A stretch of DNA of 63,970 nucleotides, filler included, from Caldilineae bacterium (GTDB taxonomy: Bacteria > Chloroflexota > Anaerolineae > DTLA01): the NCBI GenBank assembly GCA_037446815.1. It is 4 parts of 4 records of this genome, joined end to end, with 100 filler letters (N's around TTAATTAATTAA, not from the genome) between each part and the next. Parts side by side here need not be neighbours in the genome. Positions count along the whole stretch, not along the records: positions 17,141 to 33,732 come from JBBIHX010000056.1; 3 more parts are not named here. One strand, written 5' to 3'. How positions within the stretch are numbered: the first letter of the stretch is position 1; each line of letters opens with the position of its first letter. The notes under the pieces were generated by a model, which saw only the letters and a list, made by a program, of their open reading frames with translations, was not told where the DNA came from and did not search any database. Shown piece after piece: positions 19,892-28,745 of this stretch. The position numbers were made by a program, and so were the translations under genes.

Positions 19892-20844
19892 CCATCGCGC
19901 TCATCACATCCATTCTGTGGGTTACCATTCGCGCAGGCACATCGCTCCTGTACGCGACCATCGGCGAAATCCTGACCGAGCGCGCCGGCATCCTGAACCT
20001 GGGCGTTGAGGGCATCATGATTGTTGGCGCGGTTACGGGCTTCGCCGCCGCGTTCCACACCAAGCAGGTGTGGGTGGGCGTCGGCGTGGCCATGCTGGCG
20101 GGCGCGGTAATGGCGTCCATCCACGCCTTCCTGTCCGTGAGTTTGCGCGCCGAGCAGGTGGTGAGCGGCCTGGCGCTGACCATCTTCGGCACCGGCCTGG
20201 CCAACTACCTGGGCCAGCGCCTGGGCCCCAACGGCGCGCCTCTCGTCGGCATGGTCGGCCCCAAGTTCACCCCCGTGTCCCTGCCCGGCCTGGCCGACAT
20301 CCCGATTCTGGGCAAGTCGGTGTTCAATCAGGATGTCCTGACCTACGCGACCTACCTCCTCGTGCCCCTTCTGTGGTACTTTGTGAACCGCACGCGGCCC
20401 GGGTTGCACCTGCGCGCCGTGGGCGAGAATCCCCAGACCGCCGACGCCATGGGCGTGCACGTGGCCGGCATCCGCTACTTCTACACCATCGTGGGCGGCA
20501 TGCTCATCGCCTTGGGCGGCGCGCACCTGTCCCTGGCCTACACCCCCGGCTGGACAGAGGGCCTGACGGCGGGCCGCGGGTGGATCGCCGTCGCCCTGGT
20601 CATCTTCGCCACGTGGGATCCCGTCCGCGCCGTGGTGGGCGCCATCCTGTTCGGCGGCATCAACGCGGTGCAGTTCCGCATGCAGGCGGCAGGCACCACC
20701 ATCCCCGCGGCCTTTCTGAACATGCTGCCCTACGCGTTCACCATCGTGGTGCTGGTGCTCATCACCTGGTGGGAGGGCATCCGCAAGCGCGTGGGCGCTC
20801 CCGGGGCTTTGGGCTTGCCCTACGCCCGCGAGGAGAAACGGTGA
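19888..20844 (+). CDS. ABC transporter permease
   Basis: GEILTERAGILNLGVEG, LRAVGENP..AD..G, GRGWIAVALVIF. Confidence 0.92.
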   Translation: MTIALITSILWVTIRAGTSLLYATIGEILTERAGILNLGVEGIMIVGAVTGFAAAFHTKQVWVGVGVAMLAGAVMASIHAFLSVSLRAEQVVSGLALTIFGTGLANYLGQRLGPNGAPLVGMVGPKFTPVSLPGLADIPILGKSVFNQDVLTYATYLLVPLLWYFVNRTRPGLHLRAVGENPQTADAMGVHVAGIRYFYTIVGGMLIALGGAHLSLAYTPGWTEGLTAGRGWIAVALVIFATWDPVRAVVGAILFGGINAVQFRMQAAGTTIPAAFLNMLPYAFTIVVLVLITWWEGIRKRVGAPGALGLPYAREEKR

Positions 20845-20899
20845 GCGTTGCGCGCGGCGCATAAGGGAGGGATTTGAGGCTCGGTTACCTCACCCATCC

Positions 20900-21046
20900 T
20901 CTCCCGGCAGACCTGTTGAAACCCGGCCCTTCTCGCGCCAGAACCGCAATGCGTGGGCGACCCAGAGGCCGGACTCCCGGCTGGGCCTGTGCGGGACTGC
21001 TTCCCACCCGTTATCTATGGCATCGAGCCGAAGAACATCGGGAACC
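20900..21046 (-). ncRNA. Possible 6S-like rod-shaped RNA (ends approximate)
   Basis: Minus strand folds as a long interrupted hairpin: TTCCCG/CGGGAG, TTCGGCTC/GGGCCGGG, TGCCA/TGGCG, GTGGG/CCCAC, CCCAG/CTGGG; G-U pairs favour minus strand. Confidence 0.4.
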
Positions 21047-21048
21047 CC

Positions 21049-21077
21049 TTGCGCACACCAAACGTCTCTGATACAAT
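21049..21077 (+). promoter_or_regulatory. sigma70-type promoter
   Basis: TTGCGC-17 nt-TACAAT. Confidence 0.5.
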
Positions 21078-21268
21078 CGCAGACTTCATGTTGGCGCCCG
21101 CGATACACGGGCAGATTCGGGTCCGACGCCGGTCGTTACCCGCCGTCGCGAGCCGCGAAGGGGCAGGGCGGACCCGTGCTCTGAACCCTCGGCCAGCGAG
21201 CGGGAGATTGGCCGAATCAGATGAAACTGAACTCACGTGCAAGTCGTATCGCCAAGGACGGGAAACTT

Positions 21269-21760
21269 ATGAAAAGGCACTGGATTCTATGGAACCTAAT
21301 CGCCCTGCTCCTTGCGGGCTGCGCGGCGCAGGCCCCCGCGACGCTGACCGTGGACCTGGCGGGCGGCGCGCCCATCCGGGAATTCGCGCCGATGGAACAA
21401 CTGGCGCGCGACGCCGACCGCATTCTCGTGGGGACCGTCGTCCTGACCGAGAGCGCGTGGAACGTCGACAGGACCGCCATCTTCACGACGGTGCGCTTGC
21501 GCGTGAGCGACGCCGTGAAAGGCTCCAAGCCGCGCGAGGTCTTGCTACGCGTGGAGGGCGGCCAGGTGGGCGACATCGCCCAGGCGGTGAGCGGCGGCCT
21601 GTCATTCCGCGAGGGACAGCAGGTAGTGCTGTTTCTGAAGGGCACGGCGGTGCTGGGTGGGCCGCAGGGCGTATACGTGGCATCGGACGGCACGGTGGGC
21701 GACCGGCCGCTGTCGGCGTTTCTGGACGAGGTGCGCGCCGCCGCCAACGCCAGCCGCTAG
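21269..21760 (+). CDS. Hypothetical lipoprotein
   Basis: Lipobox LAGC; AD.I.VG.V...GG.VG...F..G..V.LFL pattern. Confidence 0.75.
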   Translation: MKRHWILWNLIALLLAGCAAQAPATLTVDLAGGAPIREFAPMEQLARDADRILVGTVVLTESAWNVDRTAIFTTVRLRVSDAVKGSKPREVLLRVEGGQVGDIAQAVSGGLSFREGQQVVLFLKGTAVLGGPQGVYVASDGTVGDRPLSAFLDEVRAAANASR

Positions 21761-21830
21761 GGTAACGGGCGCGGTCAACGGGTATACCTCGGCATCGCCA
21801 CGCGCATGAATACCTTCGGGAGGGGAACAC

Positions 21831-22019
21831 ATGAGCACAGAGAGCACCGGCCTTTTCACCGCGCGCAAGATCGCCGAGGCTCTGGGCGTTCCGGAGTCCA
21901 AGGTAAAGAAAGCCCTCAAGGAATTAGGGATTGAACCCACGACCAAGAAGGGCGCCTGCGGTTACTACTCCGCGGAAGTGCTGGCGCAGGTGAAGCAGGC
22001 GCTGGAGCAGGCGAAGTAG
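21831..22019 (+). CDS. Small HTH-like hypothetical protein
   Basis: RBS GGAGGGG; TARKIAEALGVPESKVKKAL. Confidence 0.65.
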   Translation: MSTESTGLFTARKIAEALGVPESKVKKALKELGIEPTTKKGACGYYSAEVLAQVKQALEQAK

Positions 22020-22085
22020 CCTCCGCCCGCGCCTCGCACAAGACTTCACGCCGCGAGCGCGGCGAAACAGTTCGGCGCGGGTCGC

Positions 22086-22928
22086 CTACGGCGCCGGAGG
22101 AATCGTGATCTTCACGACATAGGGACTGTGATCCGAAGCGCCGCGGGTGAGGTCAAACGGGATGAGCGGCGCGGCCCGAACGTAAGGCTCCAGGGCAGGA
22201 GACACCCAAATCTGGTCAATGGACTGTTGCCATACCAGAGGGTGCCGCCACCCGGCATCGTACAGCGCAATCGCCTGTGGGCTTGGGTCGCGGAAGTTCA
22301 TGTCCCCCAGCAGGAGCGTGTAGCCGTCCAGGTAGGGGCCCATCGCCTGCACGAGGAATGAGACTTCGGCAGCATAGGGCCGCAGGTGCACGACAAACAC
22401 GTGGAGGGTCAGGCCGCTGGGGGTGAGGATCTCTGCGTGCATCCCCGCGCGCGTGCGGCCGGGTTCGTCGCCCGTCTCAAAACTGCCCGGGTAGTTCGTG
22501 GCCTGCACAATCTGGAATCGCGTGAAGAGGGCCACATGCGCGCCATCGGGGTCGCTGGATTGGCCGATGAAGTAGTTCATGCCCAGTTCCCGAGCCACCT
22601 GCCGCGCAATGGCGTCGTCATCCCTCTGCCACAGGAAAGCCTCTTGAATACCCAGGATGTCGGGGTTGGCCGCCCGGATGACCGCTAGAATCCGGGGCAA
22701 GCGATTGCCGCCCTCAGCGCCGCAGCAGCCACGGCGCGGCGGGCCGCAGCACCAGTCGCCGCTGGGATCGGTGGGGCCTGCGCCGCCGCCATTCTCTATG
22801 TTGTAGGTCATGACGGTAATCGTCTCGCCCACGGGCGTGGGGGTAGCCACGTCGGCTCCGCACGAGGCGAGCAGCACGCCGGCAATCGCCACCAGAAGGA
22901 GAACCCCGCGCGGTCTCAACCTGCCCAT
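22086..22928 (-). CDS. Endonuclease/exonuclease/phosphatase-family lipoprotein
   Basis: Lipobox LASC; MTYNI, PDILGIQE, LLGDMN, IDQIWVS, SDHSP. Confidence 0.88.
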   Translation of the reverse strand: MGRLRPRGVLLLVAIAGVLLASCGADVATPTPVGETITVMTYNIENGGGAGPTDPSGDWCCGPPRRGCCGAEGGNRLPRILAVIRAANPDILGIQEAFLWQRDDDAIARQVARELGMNYFIGQSSDPDGAHVALFTRFQIVQATNYPGSFETGDEPGRTRAGMHAEILTPSGLTLHVFVVHLRPYAAEVSFLVQAMGPYLDGYTLLLGDMNFRDPSPQAIALYDAGWRHPLVWQQSIDQIWVSPALEPYVRAAPLIPFDLTRGASDHSPYVVKITIPPAP

Positions 22929-23112
22929 ACCGCCCTCCCGATATGTCTGCCCGGGCATCCCACCGACATCGCACGGCATCGTCGCGGCCACGGTCAAGCG
23001 GGAGGCGCAGGCGACTCCATGCCACGGGCCACCGGCAGCCATCGTGGCGCCGACCGAAACGAAAAGGCGACTTCATTTGGGCGTGGCGCTCCGAGCGCCT
23101 TCGCCCAAATGT

Positions 23113-23691
23113 TCACTTCATCTGGCCGTTGGCAGGCTTCTCCGTCGGGCGGTCGTTCTTGGGCGCGTGCGACAGCCCCAGCAGCCGCCCCGCGCTCCCA
23201 AAGAAGATGGCCAGCACCTGCCGGAACCGCCGCCGATCCGTGAACCCCACCACAACCATCCACAGGATCACGACCCAGCCCAGGTCGGCATTCACCCGAA
23301 ACAGCGCGTAGAGCGTCATCCCGTCCACGCCGCCCAAGCCCAGCAGGAGCACCGACCGCTCCCGCGTCCAGGCGAACAACACCGCCCACACCGCCACCCA
23401 CGCCAGGGCAAACCCCGCGGGGAACAGGCCGCTCAGCACGAAGTAGGCCAGGATGCCCAGCGCCAGCGCCGCGTCAAAGGTGATGTCCTGTTCGCCCACC
23501 CAGGTCGGGCGCCAGTTTGGGTCGCGGCGGGCCAGTGCCCCGTCCACGCTGTCGGTGCTCCACGCCAGCAGGCCGAGCACCACCGCCGGCACCAGCGCCT
23601 GCCTACCCCAGACCAGGCCCATAACCACCAGCACAAATCCCGCAATCAGCCGCGAGAAGGTCAACACATCCGCCAATCGCTTCATGTCCAC
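23113..23691 (-). CDS. CDP-alcohol phosphatidyltransferase-family protein
   Basis: ADVLTFSRL; DSVDGALARR...G...D...D. Confidence 0.85.
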   Translation of the reverse strand: MDMKRLADVLTFSRLIAGFVLVVMGLVWGRQALVPAVVLGLLAWSTDSVDGALARRDPNWRPTWVGEQDITFDAALALGILAYFVLSGLFPAGFALAWVAVWAVLFAWTRERSVLLLGLGGVDGMTLYALFRVNADLGWVVILWMVVVGFTDRRRFRQVLAIFFGSAGRLLGLSHAPKNDRPTEKPANGQMK

Positions 23692-23754
23692 CTCCTTACG
23701 CGCCTGCGCAGTTGCAGACCGGGCCGCGCCTTCGCCGATGCCCGTCGGGCGGCC

Positions 23755-24231
23755 CTACACCTTCATGATTTCCTCCACCTCCAGCGTTACAGCGCGGGCA
23801 GAGATGGCGATTTCCCGCGCCGCCAATACCATCGCCCAGAGCACCAGGCCCATCCCGGCGAGGAATACCCCCAGCGCCAGGATGTTCAGGAACCCGCTCG
23901 CGACAAACAGGCTCGCCGCGATGACAAACGCGTCCACGACGAATGCGATGACGGCCGCGAACAGGTTGTACACGGCGTTGCGCTGGATGCGCAGGCGGGC
24001 CAGCAGGTCGGGTATCTGGCGCTCAATCGCTTCCAGGCGCGCCCTGGCCTGGGGCGTCTCGCGCCGCGGCAGCAAGTCAAGCCGCTCGCGGCCCAGCGCC
24101 CGCAGGCGGTCGTTGATGCGCCCGTAGCGGTTCTGCATCCCGAGCAGCAACAGGCCGCTGGCCGAAATCATCACCGCCGGCGCGAGAATCGTTTGAATGG
24201 CCTGCGCTGCCGCTTCAACCGGAACCTGCAT
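23755..24231 (-). CDS. DUF2721-like membrane protein
   Basis: IQTILAPAVMISASGLLLLGMQNRYGRINDRLR. Confidence 0.8.
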   Translation of the reverse strand: MQVPVEAAAQAIQTILAPAVMISASGLLLLGMQNRYGRINDRLRALGRERLDLLPRRETPQARARLEAIERQIPDLLARLRIQRNAVYNLFAAVIAFVVDAFVIAASLFVASGFLNILALGVFLAGMGLVLWAMVLAAREIAISARAVTLEVEEIMKV

Positions 24232-24245
24232 CCCATTCCTCCGAC

Positions 24246-25037
24246 CTATTCCGCCTTCTTCCCGCGCGGCGGCAAGGGCAGGAAGGCGCTCGTCCGTTCC
24301 ACGTACTCCTTGTACTGCGGCTTCGTCTCCACCAGCGTCTTCTCCAACAGCGCCACGCCCGACACCCGAAGGAGCAGCAACGTCATGATGACCGGGCTGA
24401 ATACCGTCCACCAGCCGCCCGCCGCCACCGCGATGAGGTAGTAGCCCCACCACTGCGCCGAATCGCCGAAGTAGTTCGGATGGCGGGTATACCGCCACAC
24501 GCCCCTGTCCATCACCTTGCCCCTGTTGGCGGGGTCGGCTTTGAACCGGGCGAGTTGCCAATCGCCCACCGCCTCAAAGAAGAACCCGATGACCCACACG
24601 ATTAGCCCCAGCCCATCCAGCACCGTCAGGCGGGCGGGCGCGCCCGTGTATTGGGCGGCCAGCAGCGGCGCGGAGATGATCCACATGAGCGCGCCCTGGG
24701 TCAGGAACACGCGGAAGTAACTCTTCCACCAGAAACTCGCGCCCGCTTCCTCGCGCCACTTGCGATACCGAAAGTCCTCGCCCTTGCCCCAGTTGCGCCA
24801 CAGGATGTAGCCCGACAGCCGCAGGCCCCAGATGGTTACCAGCGTCATCAGCAGCGCCTTGCGCGCGATGTAGCCATCGGTGAGGGCGAAATACACCCAA
24901 CCAACGACGACGAACCCCAGCCCCCAGAAGATGTCCACGATGCTGGCGTCCCGCTTGACAAGGCTGGCGATCCAGATGGCGGTCATGTAGGCCACGACAA
25001 CCAGCGCCGCGATGCCCCAAATCGGCAATATGCCCAT
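24246..25037 (-). CDS. DUF1295 / steroid 5-alpha-reductase-like membrane protein
   Basis: SIVDIFWG, WGLRL, ED.RY, DWQL..FK, WRYTRHPNYFG. Confidence 0.9.
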   Translation of the reverse strand: MGILPIWGIAALVVVAYMTAIWIASLVKRDASIVDIFWGLGFVVVGWVYFALTDGYIARKALLMTLVTIWGLRLSGYILWRNWGKGEDFRYRKWREEAGASFWWKSYFRVFLTQGALMWIISAPLLAAQYTGAPARLTVLDGLGLIVWVIGFFFEAVGDWQLARFKADPANRGKVMDRGVWRYTRHPNYFGDSAQWWGYYLIAVAAGGWWTVFSPVIMTLLLLRVSGVALLEKTLVETKPQYKEYVERTSAFLPLPPRGKKAE

Positions 25038-25289
25038 GCGCGTTACCCCCTGTGGGTCTGGCTCCGAATACCAGTATGGCACGCAAAGCCGCCGCCGTCA
25101 AGCCTGGCCGGGGCGCTACGATGCTTTCGGCAGTCTCCCCCTCACCCCAGCCCTCTCCCGACGGGCGAGGGAGCCTAGCCTTGCCTCTGAGCGGTGAAAC
25201 CGCTCGGCCCGATGCTTTAGCGTCGGGCGGGCGCCCGCGCCATCCGTACCATCCACGCAGCCCACGCCAGCCATGGATACCGCTTCTCC

Positions 25290-25439
25290 GAGTCGGTTTC
25301 GTCTCGTGTTGGTGAAACGCATGGACACTCTCCTCGCGTGTCGTTGCGAGCGAAGCGAAGCAACCTCACGCCCCAGAGATTGCTTCGGGCGCTCCGCGCC
25401 CTCGCAATGACAAATACCAACAGACTTTGGAACCGAATC
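25290..25439 (-). mobile_element. MITE variant A (150 bp)
   Basis: Both TIRs; flanks GCTTCTCC/GTTTCTCC (7/8). Confidence 0.9.
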
Positions 25440-25549
25440 GTTTCTCCGCATGGATTCGCGCTTGTTCGCGGTATTGGACAACCCGCGCACCCGCCGCTAT
25501 CATAAGTCCGCGGGGAGCGCGCAATCGCCCCCGCGAGGAGGTGTGCGCG

Positions 25550-26191
25550 ATGAAATGCAGTCGGCGCGAGTTCCTGGAAGGGTTGGGCATTGTCCTGTCG
25601 GCCATTGTCCTGTCGCGGTGCAAGCCGCCCGGAAAGAAGGATGCCTGGGATCGCGTGCGCGACGCCTGGTATGGCCTGGATCAACTGGCCAAGGACGCCG
25701 TGGACTTGGAGCGAGGCCAGAAGACCCGCGACAAACTCATCGCCGAACACCTGGCCGCGCTGGACAGCCTTGTGCAGGCGGGGCTGGTCGGCGCGGGCGA
25801 GGCCGACGACATCCACGTGGCATTCCAGGCCGCCGCCCAGCACGTCTGGCGCGCCAACGCCCCCATCACATGCTACATCCCCGCCCCGTATCCGCAGTAT
25901 CGCATCATGAGCGCCAGCGACCTGGCCGAGCAGGCCGACATCCTGGCCGACATGGCCGCGCGCAGCGCCATTGACCCCGCCACCGTCGCCCAGGCCCAGG
26001 CGTCCATCCAGCGCGACATGGCCGTCCTGCTGCTGACCAGCGAGGACGAGAAAGCCCTGATTGAGGCCCTGCGGCAGACCGCCGGCGACAGCGCGTCGTT
26101 CCCGTCGCTGGAGGAACTGCAACTGGACATTCCGCCCGAGGCGATGACCGCCGCCACGCTGTTGGTGGACATCCTGCTGGGCAAGAAGTAG
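25550..26191 (+). CDS. Tat-exported putative lipoprotein, radical SAM partner
   Basis: RBS GAGGAGG; SRREFL twin-arginine motif; LSRC lipobox-like; 6 bp from the radical SAM gene. Confidence 0.75.
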   Translation: MKCSRREFLEGLGIVLSAIVLSRCKPPGKKDAWDRVRDAWYGLDQLAKDAVDLERGQKTRDKLIAEHLAALDSLVQAGLVGAGEADDIHVAFQAAAQHVWRANAPITCYIPAPYPQYRIMSASDLAEQADILADMAARSAIDPATVAQAQASIQRDMAVLLLTSEDEKALIEALRQTAGDSASFPSLEELQLDIPPEAMTAATLLVDILLGKK

Positions 26192-26197
26192 CGCGCC

Positions 26198-27229
26198 ATG
26201 GACAAGCCGCGGCTCCAGACGCTCATCCTGGAGATGACCCAGGACTGCGATCACGCCTGCCTATACTGCTACAACCCGTGGCGACGCGACGGCGCAGAGC
26301 CTGCGCCCGCACGCCCCCCGACCGACGCGCCCGCGCTGCTGGCCCATGTGCTGGCGCAGGTGCACTGCGGGCACGTAACGCTGACGGGCGGCGAGCCGCT
26401 CCTGTGCGGCGACCTGGCCGAGACGGTCGGCTTCCTGTCGGGCCGAGGCGTGCGCGTCAACCTCATCACCAACGGCCACCGTCTGACCGATGCCCTCGCC
26501 GCCGAACTCATACAAAGCGGCGTGAGCCTGTTCGCCGTGCCGCTGCTGAGCCACCGCCGCGAGGTGCACGATGCCCTGTGCGGCGCCCCAGGCGCTTTTG
26601 ACGCCGCGCTGGCCGCCCTTGCCCGCATCCGCGCCCACAGCGGCAGGGCCACGGTCGCCTTTGTCGCCACCCGACTCAACATCGCAGACCTGCGCGATAC
26701 CCTGCGCCTGGCCTTTGCCTTTGGCGTGCGCGGCATCCAGTTCAACCGCTTCAACCCAGGCGGGCGCGGCGCTGCTCACCTAGACCTCTTGCCGACGCTG
26801 GAGCAGGTGCGGGAGGCCCTCGCCGTCGCCGATGCGACCGCCGCCGAACTGGGCCTGACCGTGGCCATCTCCATCCCCATCCAGCCCTGCCTCGTAGACG
26901 TGGACGCATACCCGAACCTGAACTTCGGCTTCTGCGCCGCCGGGACCGACCGCGCCTACTACACGCTGGATCGGGCCGGCAACGTTCGCCCCTGCAATCA
27001 CAGCGGCACCGCGCTGGGCAACGTGTGGGAGCGGCCATTCGCGGACATCATCGCGGGGCAAGCGATGGCGGAGTTCGCGGCGGCGATCCCGCCGTTCTGC
27101 GAGGCGTGCCGCATGCGCGCCGCGTGTCAGGGCGGGTGCAAGGCCGCGGCGCAGGTGTGCTACGGCGACCTGCGGGCCGAGGAGCCATTCCTGCGCGCCA
27201 ATCTCGCCTCGGCGCGGCCGCTCATCTGA
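26198..27229 (+). CDS. Radical SAM protein with SPASM domain
   Basis: CDHACLYC, LTGGEP, ITNG; SPASM C...PC...GN...CxxCxxxxxCxGGCxA. Confidence 0.93.
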   Translation: MDKPRLQTLILEMTQDCDHACLYCYNPWRRDGAEPAPARPPTDAPALLAHVLAQVHCGHVTLTGGEPLLCGDLAETVGFLSGRGVRVNLITNGHRLTDALAAELIQSGVSLFAVPLLSHRREVHDALCGAPGAFDAALAALARIRAHSGRATVAFVATRLNIADLRDTLRLAFAFGVRGIQFNRFNPGGRGAAHLDLLPTLEQVREALAVADATAAELGLTVAISIPIQPCLVDVDAYPNLNFGFCAAGTDRAYYTLDRAGNVRPCNHSGTALGNVWERPFADIIAGQAMAEFAAAIPPFCEACRMRAACQGGCKAAAQVCYGDLRAEEPFLRANLASARPLI

Positions 27230-28042
27230 TCAGGCGACCCATCGGAGCAGCGCCAGCGTCCCAAGTCCCCACAGCGCCAGGTACTCCAACCGCACCCGCC
27301 AGGTGAGCCGTCCGCGCAGGTGATGTTGCAGGACGCCCGTGAGCGCGTAGGCGGTGAGCAGCAGGATGAGCGCCGCCCCGGCAGGCGTGATGCCCCACTG
27401 CGCCAGGCGACTCGCCGCGCCGCCGACCACGGCGCCGACGAGGAGCGCATGGAGCGCGACCGAATCGGGCGTGCGCTCGGGCTGCCGCAACAGGTCAACC
27501 GTGATGAGCGCCGCCGCAAAGCCACACAGCGCGCCGGCCTGGATGGGCGTAGGATCGCCCGTCAGGACCGCCATGAAGGCCGCCAGCGCCACGCCGTAGT
27601 CGGCAACGGTGAGCAGCCACCGCGCGCGAGGGTATGAGCCGCCGGCAGCGTCCACCGTGGCCCACTCCAGGTACAGGATACCCACCATGAGCGCGCCCAC
27701 CGCAACGGCCAGGCCCGCGACCGAAGCCCCCGACCGCAAACGCGCCGCGTGGCCCACGGCGGCAGCCGCGAAAAGGGCGGGCGTGGGCCAATAGTGGGCC
27801 GTGTGGCTTAACTCGCCGCGCGCGGCCTTGGGGTGCGCCGCGATGATGTCGTGCGTGCCGAGCGCGGCGGCGACGGCCAGCGCCAGGGCCAGCACAGGCG
27901 TCGCCGACAGGGTGCATGCCCACGACACCTTGCCCAGCGCCGCGTTCACGGGGCGGCTGTAGGCGCCCACCCACGGCGCGAGGGCCACGCCCAACGCCAG
28001 ATACGATGCCACCGTGAGGGTTTGCGTGCGCGGGAACCTCAC
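27230..28042 (-). CDS. Hypothetical multi-pass membrane protein (DUF5656-like)
   Basis: Hydrophobic; HP...HYWPTP and C-terminal LEY patterns. Confidence 0.6.
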   Translation of the reverse strand: MRFPRTQTLTVASYLALGVALAPWVGAYSRPVNAALGKVSWACTLSATPVLALALAVAAALGTHDIIAAHPKAARGELSHTAHYWPTPALFAAAAVGHAARLRSGASVAGLAVAVGALMVGILYLEWATVDAAGGSYPRARWLLTVADYGVALAAFMAVLTGDPTPIQAGALCGFAAALITVDLLRQPERTPDSVALHALLVGAVVGGAASRLAQWGITPAGAALILLLTAYALTGVLQHHLRGRLTWRVRLEYLALWGLGTLALLRWVA

Positions 28043-28118
28043 CTGCGCCTCTCCGACGGGATTTGCTGCGGAGGATTGTATGGGCAGCGGGGCGAGGTGT
28101 CAAGGGCGACTCGCTCCC

Positions 28119-28293
28119 GATTCGGTTCCAAGGTCTGTTGGCACCCACCGTCATTCTGAGCGGCGAAGCCGCGAAGAATCTCGCCCCTCACCCCAACCCT
28201 CTCCCAAAGGGCGAGGGCGTATCGCCTTCGGCTCAGCATGACAGAGCGGGTAGGCGGCGTGCGGGGCAGACCAACACAAGATGAAACCGACTC
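28119..28293 (+). mobile_element. MITE variant B (175 bp)
   Basis: Both TIRs; flanks TCGCTCCC/TCGCTCTC (7/8). Confidence 0.9.
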
Positions 28294-28428
28294 TCGCTCT
28301 CGATTAGCAGTCGGCCATCGCACAACAAGAGCATGCGATGCCCGAAGCGATCTCTCATCCCCATTCGTGTAGATTCGTGTCACTGGTGGATGAAGTTCCA
28401 GGAGACTGCTTTGCTAGGCTCGCGGCAT

Positions 28429-28463
28429 AACGTGCGACGCACCTCGGAGGTGCGTCGCACGTT
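28429..28463. repeat. 35-bp palindromic REP-like repeat
   Basis: AACGTGCGACGCACCTC-G-GAGGTGCGTCGCACGTT. Confidence 0.85.
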
Positions 28464-28745
28464 GGCGCCATCCGTCATGGCGAGCGAAGGGGAAGCAACC
28501 GAGGGCGGGAAGGTTCCCCGCTGCACATGTACGGGCCACCGGCCGGTCGCCCGTATATGCGAATAACATGAACCTACGCGAATGGAGCAACCGTATCCAC
28601 GGATAACACGGATTGCACGAATAGGTGTGAGTTCTCCGGCGGCTCGCGCCTCGGAATGACAGCCCCAGCAGACCCTGAAACCGAATCGCGATTTGCCCGC
28701 GCGCTGCTGCGGTGCTACAATCCCCGCACAAAGGAGGCCCGCGCC

